Part shown: positions 53,682-63,069 of the stretch, one piece after another
Position numbering within the stretch: position 1 is the first letter of the stretch
Layout of the letters: each line of letters starts with the position of its first letter
Source of the DNA: an uncultured Bacilli bacterium
Lineage (GTDB): Bacteria; Bacillota_I; Bacilli_A; RF39; UBA660
Direction: 5' to 3'
Assembly (NCBI GenBank): GCA_944372055.1
Contig: CALVYF010000004.1
Location: forward strand, 1,810-65,809
Length of the DNA stretch: 64,000 bases
Program-made: the position numbers and the translations under genes
The notes under the pieces: generated by a model
Told to the model about the DNA's origin: nothing
Seen by the model: the letters and a program-made list of their open reading frames with translations, nothing else
Database searches by the model: none

Positions 53682-53706
53682 TTTTGTACTATAATATTAA
53701 TGGGTG

Positions 53707-54291
53707 ATGGCAGTGGAAGCAATTCAGAATTTTGTTGATTTTTGCACTAATTTTATTAGTCAAGGAGGGCTGCTCTTTGGTTTTTTATTGATTCTTTTGG
53801 AATCTTTTTTACCAGTTTTGCCTTTAGGCGTTTTTGTTGCTTTAAATGTAAATGCTTTTGGTGGTATCATTGGTATTTTTATATCTTGGATTGCAACATG
53901 TCTTGGCTGTTTTATTTCCTTTACTTTTTTTTCTTTTCTTTCAAAAAAGTTTTTGGAAAAACTTCTTTCTAAGAAAACATTAGAAAAAGTTGAAAAATCT
54001 ATCATTAAATTTCGTAATATTTCTTTTTCAAATTTGGTACTAGTTGTTGCCTTACCATTTACTCCGGCTTTTTTAGTTAATATTATTTGTGGTGTTGTTC
54101 GGATGAGTCGAAGAAAGTTTTTGGCAGCAATTATTATAGGAAAGATTTTTATGCTTATTTTTTGGGGATATGTAAGTAAGAGTTTTATTGAAAGCATGAC
54201 GGATATTAATACAATTATTATTATTTGTTTTATGTTAATTGTTGCTTATGTAATATCTAAGATTGTTAGTAAAAAAGTAGATTTAGATTAG
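53707..54291 (+). CDS. DedA/TVP38 (SNARE-associated) family membrane protein
   Basis: Polytopic protein. The LLILLESFLPVLP motif is typical of the family. GTG 53704 is an alternative start. Confidence 0.7.
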   Translation: MAVEAIQNFVDFCTNFISQGGLLFGFLLILLESFLPVLPLGVFVALNVNAFGGIIGIFISWIATCLGCFISFTFFSFLSKKFLEKLLSKKTLEKVEKSIIKFRNISFSNLVLVVALPFTPAFLVNIICGVVRMSRRKFLAAIIIGKIFMLIFWGYVSKSFIESMTDINTIIIICFMLIVAYVISKIVSKKVDLD

Positions 54292-54304
54292 TAGGAGGAT
54301 TTTT

Positions 54305-55375
54305 GTGGATTATATTATTGTAGGTTTGTTAGTTGTTATATTGATTTTAGTTGTAATTTCTCTTTTTAAAAATATTAATGAAAGTAATATTACTGAACGT
54401 TTAGGGCGACTTGAAGTTAATATGATGAAGTCCATGGGAGATTTTAAAAATGATTTGTCTCATAGCTTGAATGATGATTTTACTAAATTGAATGAGCAGG
54501 TTGAAAGACGTTTACTTGCTGTTAATGAAAAAGTAAATGAAAGGCTAGATCAAAACTTCGAAAAGACGAATAAAACATTTATGAATGTTATTGAGAGGCT
54601 TTCTAAAATAGATGAGGCACAGAAAAAAATTGAAACGTTATCTACAGATATTGTTAGTTTACAAAGTATTTTAACTGATAAAAAGACTCGAGGTATTTTT
54701 GGTGAGGTAAATTTAAAGCATATTTTGTCTAATGTTTTTGGAGAAAAAAATGATTCTATTTATCGATTGCAATATACCTTAAGTACTGGAGTGATTGCGG
54801 ATTGTGTTTTATTTGCTCCGGAACCATTGGGCACAATTGCTATTGATTCTAAATTTCCTTTAGAGCATTATCAGATGATGGTAGATAAAAAGCTATCTAT
54901 TGAGATGCGAGAAAACTATGAAAAGATGTTTAAACAAGATATGAAAAAGCACATTGATGCTATTAGTAATAAATACATTATTCCAGGAGAGACTTCAAAT
55001 CAAGCAATTTTATTTTTGCCAGCGGAGGCAATTTTTGCTGAAGTTAATGCTTATCATCCTGATATCATTGAATATGCTTACAAAAAAAGAGTATGGATTA
55101 CTAGTCCAACTACTTTAATTTCTACTCTTACTGTTATAGAGATGATTATTAAAAATATGGAAAGAGATAAATATACATCTATTATTCATGAAGAATTGAA
55201 TAAGTTAGGTCTGGAGTTTGCTCGTTATCGTGAGAGATGGGATAAGCTTGCGCGCAGTATTCAAACTGTTAATAAAGACGTAGAAAATGTTTCTATTACT
55301 ACAGAAAAGATTTCTAAAAAATTTGATAGTATTAATAAAGTAGAAGTTGGTATGATTGAAGATAAGGAAGAATGA
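54305..55375 (+). CDS. rmuC: DNA recombination protein RmuC
   Basis: N-terminal TM helix, a long coiled coil, then KTRGIFGE, IAIDSKFPLE and AILFLPAEAIFAE motifs. Confidence 0.85.
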   Translation: MDYIIVGLLVVILILVVISLFKNINESNITERLGRLEVNMMKSMGDFKNDLSHSLNDDFTKLNEQVERRLLAVNEKVNERLDQNFEKTNKTFMNVIERLSKIDEAQKKIETLSTDIVSLQSILTDKKTRGIFGEVNLKHILSNVFGEKNDSIYRLQYTLSTGVIADCVLFAPEPLGTIAIDSKFPLEHYQMMVDKKLSIEMRENYEKMFKQDMKKHIDAISNKYIIPGETSNQAILFLPAEAIFAEVNAYHPDIIEYAYKKRVWITSPTTLISTLTVIEMIIKNMERDKYTSIIHEELNKLGLEFARYRERWDKLARSIQTVNKDVENVSITTEKISKKFDSINKVEVGMIEDKEE

Positions 55376-55391
55376 TTCCTTATCTTTTTTT
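55361..55391 (+). terminator. rho-independent terminator of rmuC
   Basis: 9-bp stem GATAAGGAA/TTCCTTATC with the stop codon in the loop, followed by T7. Confidence 0.7.
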
Positions 55392-55426
55392 CTGTAGATT
55401 TTAGTTGAAAAACTTTATTTTTAATT

Positions 55427-55720
55427 TTGTTGGATGAAGTTTTTTTGCATATTTTTAATTTTTATTTGTATACTAAAAATAGTTTATTCATAAATTTTAG
55501 TATGAAGAATTTTTTTTATTATGTTTTAGGAATTCTATTTATGAGTATTGGTATAACTTTTTATATTTTATATTTTAATTTATTTGTATTTGGTTATACT
55601 TTTTTAGAATATTTAGTATTTTTGTTTTCTAGGTGGGAATGCTATTCGTTTTTTGTAGGAGTTATTTTTGTTTGTTGCGGTATTTTTAGAAAGGGGAAAA
55701 AGCATGATTTATATTTATGA
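55427..55720 (+). CDS. possible small membrane protein (start uncertain)
   Basis: Two or three hydrophobic helices, but a non-ATG start and no clear RBS. It may not be expressed. Confidence 0.3.
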   Translation: MLDEVFLHIFNFYLYTKNSLFINFSMKNFFYYVLGILFMSIGITFYILYFNLFVFGYTFLEYLVFLFSRWECYSFFVGVIFVCCGIFRKGKKHDLYL

Positions 55721-56348
55721 TTTATTACTTAACTATCAGGATAGTAATCGATTAGTAGAATTTTTTGAGTGGGATAGTGCTGATGTTTTAGAACATATCA
55801 AAAGAATTCCCTTATTTGTTGTTCCAAGTGTTGATATTGATCATTTTTGTTTTTCTAATATTAAAGTGGATTCCAAGTTTTTAGAATCGATTAAAGGAAA
55901 GACATTGCTTTATAAGAGGCGAAAATCTATTTTTTATAGTTGTTTATTTTGTGATTTGAATAGGGTAGTAGCTATTGAATTTTCTAGGAATGGTGAAGTA
56001 TTATCAAAAAGTTGTTTATTATTGGATGAGGAAGCTGAAGTAATTGAAATTGCGAAAGGTATTGAAGAAGTATCAGTTGCATATAAAGTTTTGAATTCTA
56101 ATTATGAAACTTCCTTTTTGACTAGGAAAGAGGAATTTCAAAGACGTTATTTATTATCAGAGATTTCGTCTTTTACTGAGGATAAGGATAGAGATATGTT
56201 TAATTATTTATATGAGGAGATATTTGGTAAAGATGATTTATCATTTGATATAAAATATCAGAAATTGATGGAAGATATGTCCTCTCATTTTGATTTTCGC
56301 TATCAAAAATTATTTGATATTATTCGTTTAAGTTATTCAAAAAAATAA
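55704..56348 (+). CDS. hypothetical cytoplasmic protein
   Basis: The ATG at 55704 follows AAGGGGA. No recognisable motif. Confidence 0.5.
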   Translation: MIYIYDLLLNYQDSNRLVEFFEWDSADVLEHIKRIPLFVVPSVDIDHFCFSNIKVDSKFLESIKGKTLLYKRRKSIFYSCLFCDLNRVVAIEFSRNGEVLSKSCLLLDEEAEVIEIAKGIEEVSVAYKVLNSNYETSFLTRKEEFQRRYLLSEISSFTEDKDRDMFNYLYEEIFGKDDLSFDIKYQKLMEDMSSHFDFRYQKLFDIIRLSYSKK

Positions 56349-56370
56349 AAGCATCTGTTGATGCTTTTTT
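56347..56370. terminator. bidirectional terminator between convergent genes
   Basis: Stem AAAAGCATC/GATGCTTTT with a 4-nt loop, flanked by an A-run and a T-run. Confidence 0.7.
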
Positions 56371-57373
56371 AATAGTCTATTTTCATAGCTTTTTTTACAT
56401 TTTTCATTTGTTTTTCTGCTTTTTCTTTTGCTTTTTCTGTTCCGCTTTTTAATATTTCCTTTATCACTTCAGGGTGTTCTTCATAATATTTTCTTTTTTC
56501 TCTAATAGGACTTAGGAAGCGGTTCATAGCTTCAATAAGCTCTTTTTTACATTGTACACATCCGCGTGTACCTTCTTTACATTCGTTACAAATTTTTTTA
56601 TTGCTTTCTTTTGTATTTACTAATTTATGATAGTAGTAAACCATACAGACATCTGGATTTGCAGGGTCGTCCTTTTTTATTTTCTCAGGGTCGGTAACTG
56701 CTCCCATAATTTTTTTCTGGATAGTTTCTTCATTATCATTTAGGAAAATAGCATTGCCTAAACTTTTTCCCATTTTATCGTTTCCATCTAGACCTTTTAC
56801 TCTTTTTGTATCGCTTAATATGGCACTTGGTTCTTTTAAAGTTTCACCATAAATTGAATTGAATTTTCTGACAATTTCACGACATTGTTCTAATAGGGGA
56901 AGTTGATCTTCACCAACGGGAACTAATTCTCCATCAAAGGCAGTGATGTCAGCTGCTTGTGATACTGGATATCCTAAAAATCCATAAGTAATTGATTCTC
57001 CATCATTACCAAATAGTTCTTTTTTTTGAGCAATTTCTGTCTTTACTGTAGGATTTCTTTCTAGTCTTGCTACTGTAACTAGGTTTGAATAATAGACAGT
57101 AAGTTCAGCAATTTCTGGTATTTTAGATTGAATAAAGAAATTTACCTTTTTGGGATCTAGTCCAATGGATAATAAATCTATTGTGATTTCTGTTACATTT
57201 TTTCTTACTTTTTCAGGATTATTAAAGTTATCAGTTAATGCTTGTACATCAGCAATTTCTAGGAAAAAGTCATAATCATCTTGTAATTTAATATAGTTTT
57301 GTCCTGCTCCAAAAAGATGGCCTAAGTGTAAGTTTCCAGTGGGTCTTAGTCCTGTTAAAATTGTTTTTTTCAT
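56369..57373 (-). CDS. trpS: tryptophan--tRNA ligase
   Basis: HIGH-type motif GNLHLGHL and KMSKS-type KMGKS, with a class I Trp/Tyr layout. There is a C-terminal Cys cluster. Confidence 0.9.
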   Translation of the reverse strand: MKKTILTGLRPTGNLHLGHLFGAGQNYIKLQDDYDFFLEIADVQALTDNFNNPEKVRKNVTEITIDLLSIGLDPKKVNFFIQSKIPEIAELTVYYSNLVTVARLERNPTVKTEIAQKKELFGNDGESITYGFLGYPVSQAADITAFDGELVPVGEDQLPLLEQCREIVRKFNSIYGETLKEPSAILSDTKRVKGLDGNDKMGKSLGNAIFLNDNEETIQKKIMGAVTDPEKIKKDDPANPDVCMVYYYHKLVNTKESNKKICNECKEGTRGCVQCKKELIEAMNRFLSPIREKRKYYEEHPEVIKEILKSGTEKAKEKAEKQMKNVKKAMKIDY

Positions 57374-57433
57374 TTTATCACTTTCTTTCTCTGTTATTTA
57401 TTTTAGCATATTTTTGTCCACAAAAAAAGCGCT

Positions 57434-58306
57434 TTAGCGCGTTTTCTTTAATGTTACTACAGATGCATTTGGTCCATATAAACTGTTTATGAATGGAGTT
57501 TCAATTCGTGTATTGATTGGTCCATTTATAAGGAAAGTTGTATCTTTTAATTGATATACTCCTTGTGCATATTCTGGTAGTAATTGCATTTGAGGAGATA
57601 TAATTCCTCTGTTGGCCATGAATGGTTGCATAAAGTTTGGTAATAAGCCATTATGCATATGTCCTGATATTACTAAATCGGTATTTGGCTGAATACATCT
57701 TTTATTTTCATTACTTAATTTGATAATAGACTGTGGTTCATGTGTTAAGAAAATGTTATATGTGTTATCTGAAAATAAATTTTCATCATATGTTTGATTA
57801 AAGATTCTTTGGTAATCAGTGGGGCTTTCTCTTTCACTTTTTTTCTTATCTTCATCTTCATAGTAATTGAAGTCTGGAGAACATGCTGAAATGTTTAGAA
57901 AACTTGTATCACATTTTTTTCCATTTTCTATTAAGTGAAAGTTTGGTATTTCTTTTAATGTTTCTTTTAATAATCCAGTTTGTCCGGGAATCCATGTTCC
58001 ATTTTTTGCATGTGTCATTTGATCGTGATTTCCTAAACTTATGAATGTTGGCTTGTATTTAGTAATAGATAGTAATTCATCTTGTAATCTACTTTTGAAA
58101 TCTTTATCTTCTAAGTCATTTACATCATTTACAATATCTCCCGGAATGATAATAGAATCAATTTCATCTAAATCTATTAAATCTTTGATTTTCATTAGAT
58201 TTTCTTTTCCTTGCGTTTTACTTCTATGAATATCAGAAATTACTAAAAAACTAATATCATATGGTATTTTTCTTGAATATATTGTTAATTTATTTATTTT
58301 TCCCAT
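57434..58306 (-). CDS. calcineurin-like metallophosphoesterase
   Basis: Motifs ISDIHR, PGDIVND, GNHD and SGHMHNG. Confidence 0.8.
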   Translation of the reverse strand: MGKINKLTIYSRKIPYDISFLVISDIHRSKTQGKENLMKIKDLIDLDEIDSIIIPGDIVNDVNDLEDKDFKSRLQDELLSITKYKPTFISLGNHDQMTHAKNGTWIPGQTGLLKETLKEIPNFHLIENGKKCDTSFLNISACSPDFNYYEDEDKKKSERESPTDYQRIFNQTYDENLFSDNTYNIFLTHEPQSIIKLSNENKRCIQPNTDLVISGHMHNGLLPNFMQPFMANRGIISPQMQLLPEYAQGVYQLKDTTFLINGPINTRIETPFINSLYGPNASVVTLKKTR

Positions 58307-58376
58307 AATAACCCTCTTTTCTTTGATTGCATATTATACATGAATATTTTTCTTTTGTCAATTTTTTAGGAAAGTG

Positions 58377-58405
58377 TTGTGTTAAATAAAATTGTAGGGT
58401 ATAAT
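58377..58405 (+). promoter_or_regulatory. sigma-A type promoter of tig
   Basis: TTGTGT, a 17-nt spacer, then TATAAT. Confidence 0.45.
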
Positions 58406-58426
58406 ATAAGGCGTTGGAGGGATATT

Positions 58427-59737
58427 ATGGCAAAAAAAGAAACTGAAAAAAAAGAAGTAAAAAAAGAAACTAAAAAAGAGAATAATAAAAATGTTCATGA
58501 AGTAGTTATTAAAATAGATGGTGAAGCTTGGTCTAAAGCTCTTGATGGGGCTTTTAAGAAAAAACAAAAAACTGCTAAAGTGGATGGTTTTAGAAAAGGT
58601 AAAGTACCAAGAGATATTTATGAAAAACATTTTGGTAAAGAATCTTTATTTATTGATGCAGCTGATAGTGTATTACAAGATGCATACACTAAAGCAATGG
58701 AAGAGTCTAAATTAATTCCAGTTGTACAACCTGCTGTTGATTTAAAAAGTTTGAGTGAAGATGGAGTTGAATTTACCTTTAAAATCGTTACTAAACCAGA
58801 GGTAAAAGTTAAAAAGTATAAGGGATTAAATATTCAACCTGAAAAAGTTGAAGTTACTGATGAAGAAATTGAACATGAACTTGGACATTTATTAGAAAAG
58901 TATACAGAACTTGTTACAAAAGAAGATGGCACTGTAGAAGAAGGAAATACTGCAGTTATCGATTTTGAAGGATTTAAAGATGGTGTTGCTTTTGATGGTG
59001 GAAAAGGAGAAAATTATTCACTAGAAATTGGTTCTCATACATTTATTCCTGGTTTTGAAGAACAAGTTGTTGGTATGAAAACTGGAGAAGAAAAAGAAAT
59101 TGAAGTTACTTTCCCAGAAGATTATGGTGCTAAAGATTTAGCTGGTGCTAAAGCTATATTTAAAGTGAAAGTTCACGAAATAAAAGAAAAACAAGTTAGA
59201 GAATTAGATGATGAATTTTTTGAAGATTTAGGTATTGAAGGAGTTAACTCTGAAGAATCATTAAAAGAAGAAATTAAGAAGAGTATTTCTGCACAAAAAG
59301 AAATGGATGCAGAAAATAAGTATATCGATGCTATTTTAGAAGGTGTTTCTAAGAATGTTGAAGTAGATATTCCAGAAGAAATGGTAGAAGAAGAAGTAAC
59401 TCGTTTAATGAACCGTTTTGAACAACAAATGAGAATGCAAGGAATTTCTTTAGATTTATATTATCAATTTACTCAATCTAGTGAAGCGGATTTAAGAAAT
59501 CAATTAGAAAAAGAAGCTTATTCTAATGTACTTTATCGTTTAATGTTAGAAGAGATTATGAATTTAGAAAAAATCGAAGTATCTATCGAAGAAGCTGAAA
59601 AAGAAGCTAGCGAATTAGCTAAAAAATATCAAATGGAACAAGAAGAGTTTTTACAACAATTTGGTGGAATCGATATGGTTCAATATGATTTAGAAATGAG
59701 AAAAACTATTGAATTATTAAAAGAAGCTAATAAGTAA
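58427..59737 (+). CDS. tig: trigger factor
   Basis: Ribosome-binding motif GFRKGKVPR, FKBP-type PPIase region (GFEEQVVGMKTGEEKEIEVTFPEDY) and a C-terminal helical arm domain. Confidence 0.9.
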   Translation: MAKKETEKKEVKKETKKENNKNVHEVVIKIDGEAWSKALDGAFKKKQKTAKVDGFRKGKVPRDIYEKHFGKESLFIDAADSVLQDAYTKAMEESKLIPVVQPAVDLKSLSEDGVEFTFKIVTKPEVKVKKYKGLNIQPEKVEVTDEEIEHELGHLLEKYTELVTKEDGTVEEGNTAVIDFEGFKDGVAFDGGKGENYSLEIGSHTFIPGFEEQVVGMKTGEEKEIEVTFPEDYGAKDLAGAKAIFKVKVHEIKEKQVRELDDEFFEDLGIEGVNSEESLKEEIKKSISAQKEMDAENKYIDAILEGVSKNVEVDIPEEMVEEEVTRLMNRFEQQMRMQGISLDLYYQFTQSSEADLRNQLEKEAYSNVLYRLMLEEIMNLEKIEVSIEEAEKEASELAKKYQMEQEEFLQQFGGIDMVQYDLEMRKTIELLKEANK

Positions 59738-59745
59738 ATTGAAAG

Positions 59746-59768
59746 GTAGTCATTGGACTACTTTTTTT
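59746..59768 (+). terminator. rho-independent terminator of tig
   Basis: Stem GTAGTC/GACTAC with a 4-nt loop, followed by T7. Confidence 0.6.
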
Positions 59769-59799
59769 GTGGTAAATTTTGAAAAATTCGGGTAATTTC

Positions 59800-59828
59800 T
59801 TGATGTAAAAAAACTTTTATTATATAAT
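59800..59828 (+). promoter_or_regulatory. sigma-A type promoter of lon
   Basis: TTGATG, a 17-nt spacer, then TATAAT. Confidence 0.5.
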
Positions 59829-59864
59829 AGTAAGCAGTATTTAAAATTTGGAGGTGGACTATCT

Positions 59865-62195
59865 ATGGATAATCAAAAACTAGCGGTTTTAGTTTTAAAT
59901 GATGTAGTGGTCTTTCCAAATAACGAGGTAAGAATTGAATATGACGATTCTTTTGAAAAGGCTAGTATTGATTATACCGATGGAACAGATGATAAATACT
60001 TGGTTATTGTAAATCCTATTGATTCTAATTATGTGGAAGATGTGACATCTTTACCTAGTTATGGGATTTTGGGACAAATAAAATTAAAATTAATGGTTCC
60101 TAATGGGAAAACGAGAGTTGTCATTCAGGGAATCCGTAGAGTTTTTGTATCAAATTATTTTTATGATCATGATTTTTATCAAGCCGATGTAAAAGAAATT
60201 TCAAATATTTCAACAGAAGAAGAAAAGAATTATTTTACTTTATTAATGAAGTCTTTAGATCGTTATATCGAGAAAGCACCATATATGAGTAATGCAGTGA
60301 TTAGTCAATTGGATACGGTGGAGACTTTAGATGAATTGTGTGATTTGATTGGTTCTTTTTTGCCTGTTGATTATGAAAAAAAGAAAAAATATGTTCTTAC
60401 TGTATCTCCGATTGAAAGAGCACGTATCATTGTAGAAGATATGAATGAAGAAGTAAAATTTTTAGAGCTTGAACAAAAAATAGAAAGTGAAGTAGAACAA
60501 GAAATTGAAGAGAGCCAAAAAGAGTATTTTTTAAGGGAAAAGCTTCGTGCAATTAAGAGAGAATTAGGGGATATTAACAGTAAAGAAGATGAAGTGGAAT
60601 CTTTAAAGAAAAAACTTTCTAAGTTAAAGTGTAATTATAAAGTCAAAGAAAAGATTAAAAATGAAATTTCACGATATGAAGCTATTAGTAGTCATTCCCC
60701 TGAACTTGGTATGATTCGCGATTATTTAGATTGGATGTTACATTTGCCATGGAATGTCTATACTAAAGACACAAATGATTTATCTAAAGTAGCAAATATT
60801 TTAAATACTAGTCATCATGCTTTAGAAGAAGTGAAGTCACGTATTTTGGAATATCTTGCTGTGAAACAAAATACTAATAATTTACGTAGTCCCATTCTTT
60901 GTTTAGTGGGTCCTCCAGGAGTAGGAAAAACATCTCTTGCTCTTAGTATTGCTGATAGTTTGGGAAGAAAAGTTGCAAAAATTAGTGTTGGTGGTATTAA
61001 TGATGAAGCTGAGATTGTTGGTCATCGTCGTACTTATGTTGGTGCAAATCCAGGAAGAATTATTCAGGGGATTCGTAAAGCAGGAACTGCAAACCCAGTC
61101 TTTATTATTGATGAAATTGATAAGATGACTAAGGATATTAAGGGGGATCCAGCAAGCAGTTTACTTGAAGTTTTGGATCCAGAACAAAATGATAAATTTT
61201 CAGATCATTATATTGAAGAAGAGTTTGATTTATCTAAAGTTTTGTTTATCGCTACTGCTAATTATATTGAGCAGATTCCTTATGAACTTCGTGATCGATT
61301 AGAAATTATTGAACTTACTAGTTATACTGAATACGAAAAATTAGATATTGCGAAAAATCATTTGATACCTCGTGCTTTAGAAGAGCATGGCTTGACTTCT
61401 TTACAGATTCAATTAGATGATCAGGCTATTATGGGTATTATTAGGTATTATACGAAAGAGGCTGGTGTTCGTGAACTAGACCGTGTGATATCATCACTAT
61501 TTCGCAAAATTGTAAAAAAGATTTTATTAGAAAAAGAGCAAGTTTTTTATTATATAAAAGAAGAAGATTTAGAGGCATTTTTGGGAAAGAAAAAATTTAG
61601 TTATGAAAAAACTGATAAAAGAGTGGAAATTGGTGTTGTAAATGGTATGGCATATACTGCTTTTGGCGGAGATATTTTACCCATTGAAGTTACTATGTTT
61701 CCTGGGAAAGGTGAATTAATTCTTACTGGATCTTTGGGAGATGTTATGCAGGAGTCGTGTCAAATCGCTTTTAGTTATATAAAGGCAAAGGCTAAGGAAT
61801 TTTCTATTCCATTTCCAATGCTTTCTGAGAATGATATACATCTTCATTTCCCAGAAGGTGCTGTTAATAAAGACGGACCTTCTGCAGGTATTGCTATTAC
61901 AACGGCTATGATTAGTTTATTTAAAAATCAAGCAGTAGCTAATGATATTTCTATGACTGGAGAAATTACTTTGCGTGGTAGAGTTCTTCCTATTGGTGGG
62001 CTTCGTGAAAAAGTAATTGGTTCTCATAGAGCAGGTATTCGAAAAATCTTTTTGCCAAAAGAGAACAAGAATGATTTAGAAGAGGTTCCAGAAGAGGTAA
62101 AGAAAGATATTAAATTTACTTTTGTAGAAAACTACTTTGATGTTTATAAGCAATTATTTGGTGGTAATAAAAATTATGATAGAAAAAGAAACTAA
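59865..62195 (+). CDS. lon: ATP-dependent Lon protease (LonA type)
   Basis: Lon N-terminal domain, Walker A GPPGVGKTS, Walker B FIIDEIDK and protease motif DGPSAGIA. Confidence 0.93.
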   Translation: MDNQKLAVLVLNDVVVFPNNEVRIEYDDSFEKASIDYTDGTDDKYLVIVNPIDSNYVEDVTSLPSYGILGQIKLKLMVPNGKTRVVIQGIRRVFVSNYFYDHDFYQADVKEISNISTEEEKNYFTLLMKSLDRYIEKAPYMSNAVISQLDTVETLDELCDLIGSFLPVDYEKKKKYVLTVSPIERARIIVEDMNEEVKFLELEQKIESEVEQEIEESQKEYFLREKLRAIKRELGDINSKEDEVESLKKKLSKLKCNYKVKEKIKNEISRYEAISSHSPELGMIRDYLDWMLHLPWNVYTKDTNDLSKVANILNTSHHALEEVKSRILEYLAVKQNTNNLRSPILCLVGPPGVGKTSLALSIADSLGRKVAKISVGGINDEAEIVGHRRTYVGANPGRIIQGIRKAGTANPVFIIDEIDKMTKDIKGDPASSLLEVLDPEQNDKFSDHYIEEEFDLSKVLFIATANYIEQIPYELRDRLEIIELTSYTEYEKLDIAKNHLIPRALEEHGLTSLQIQLDDQAIMGIIRYYTKEAGVRELDRVISSLFRKIVKKILLEKEQVFYYIKEEDLEAFLGKKKFSYEKTDKRVEIGVVNGMAYTAFGGDILPIEVTMFPGKGELILTGSLGDVMQESCQIAFSYIKAKAKEFSIPFPMLSENDIHLHFPEGAVNKDGPSAGIAITTAMISLFKNQAVANDISMTGEITLRGRVLPIGGLREKVIGSHRAGIRKIFLPKENKNDLEEVPEEVKKDIKFTFVENYFDVYKQLFGGNKNYDRKRN

Positions 62196-62352
62196 AGGAT
62201 TATTGAGTTTTCTTTTATAAAAAAATTAGTAAAAGTTATCGATATTCTTTGGATACTAAGAATGCAGTTCAAAAAGTAAAAAAGAGTTAATTTTATAGCT
62301 CTTTTTTTCATATTCGCTTTTATTTTTCATATACTTTGGTAGGAGGGATAAA

Positions 62353-63069
62353 ATGCGAAAAGTTATTTCATTTGATAAAAAATTAGAATTTAAGACTATG
62401 ATAGGGGAAGTAACTTCGATTTCTTTAGATCCTAATTTAAGTTTTTCTGATGATAGTGATATTTCCGGAGATTTAGTAATTTCTGGAAAATATAAATTGA
62501 CTGCAGCATCGAGATTAGAAGATGATTTTGTGTTTTCTATACCTATTGAAATTACTTTGAATGAGAATTTAGAAGAGGAAACTCGAAATGTTTCTGTTGA
62601 TGATTTTCGTTATGAAGTAGAAGAGGATGACGTTTTAAACTGTCACATAGATTTGGTGATAGAAGGAGTCGAAAAAATTGAAATTCCTGAGGATTCTTCA
62701 TTTTTAGAAGAAAATTCAGAGAAAATTGAAGAAATACAAATTTCTTCTGATTCCTCTGATATGCGAGAAGAGGCTTCTATTCATGAGGAACAAACTACTA
62801 AAGAGATGGTGTTAGATAATGCTATTACAGAAGAGACAGCTGAAACAGAAGATGTAAAAGAAGAACATAATGTAGGTTCTTTGTTCTCTTCTTTTAAAGA
62901 TAGTGATGAAAGTTTTGCTACTTATTCTGTTTATATTGTTAGAGAAAATGATACGATTGATAGTATCTTGAATAAATATCAGGTTCATCGTGAGGAGTTA
63001 GAAGATTATAATGACTTAGATAATTTAATTGTTGGTACAAAAATCATTATTCCTACGCATCATGAATAA
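62353..63069 (+). CDS. spoVID: SpoVID-like sporulation protein with a C-terminal LysM domain
   Basis: N-terminal segment SISLDP as in SpoVID, an acidic middle and a C-terminal LysM (YIVRENDTIDSILNKYQV...DLDNLIVGTKIIIP). It is followed by a ysxE-like gene, as in Bacillus. Confidence 0.6.
   Translation: MRKVISFDKKLEFKTMIGEVTSISLDPNLSFSDDSDISGDLVISGKYKLTAASRLEDDFVFSIPIEITLNENLEEETRNVSVDDFRYEVEEDDVLNCHIDLVIEGVEKIEIPEDSSFLEENSEKIEEIQISSDSSDMREEASIHEEQTTKEMVLDNAITEETAETEDVKEEHNVGSLFSSFKDSDESFATYSVYIVRENDTIDSILNKYQVHREELEDYNDLDNLIVGTKIIIPTHHE

Noticed and set aside
53760-54197. 145-aa antisense ORF inside the DedA/TVP38 gene.
   Set aside because: It is a mirror image of a membrane protein gene. 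The sense-strand product has recognisable family motifs, and the antisense product is K-rich low-complexity sequence.
57374-57433. A T-box riboswitch or leader upstream of trpS.
   Set aside because: Only about 60 nt are available, far too short for a T-box. The short GCGC/GCGC hairpin plus T-run overlapping the upstream stop codon is at best a weak terminator.
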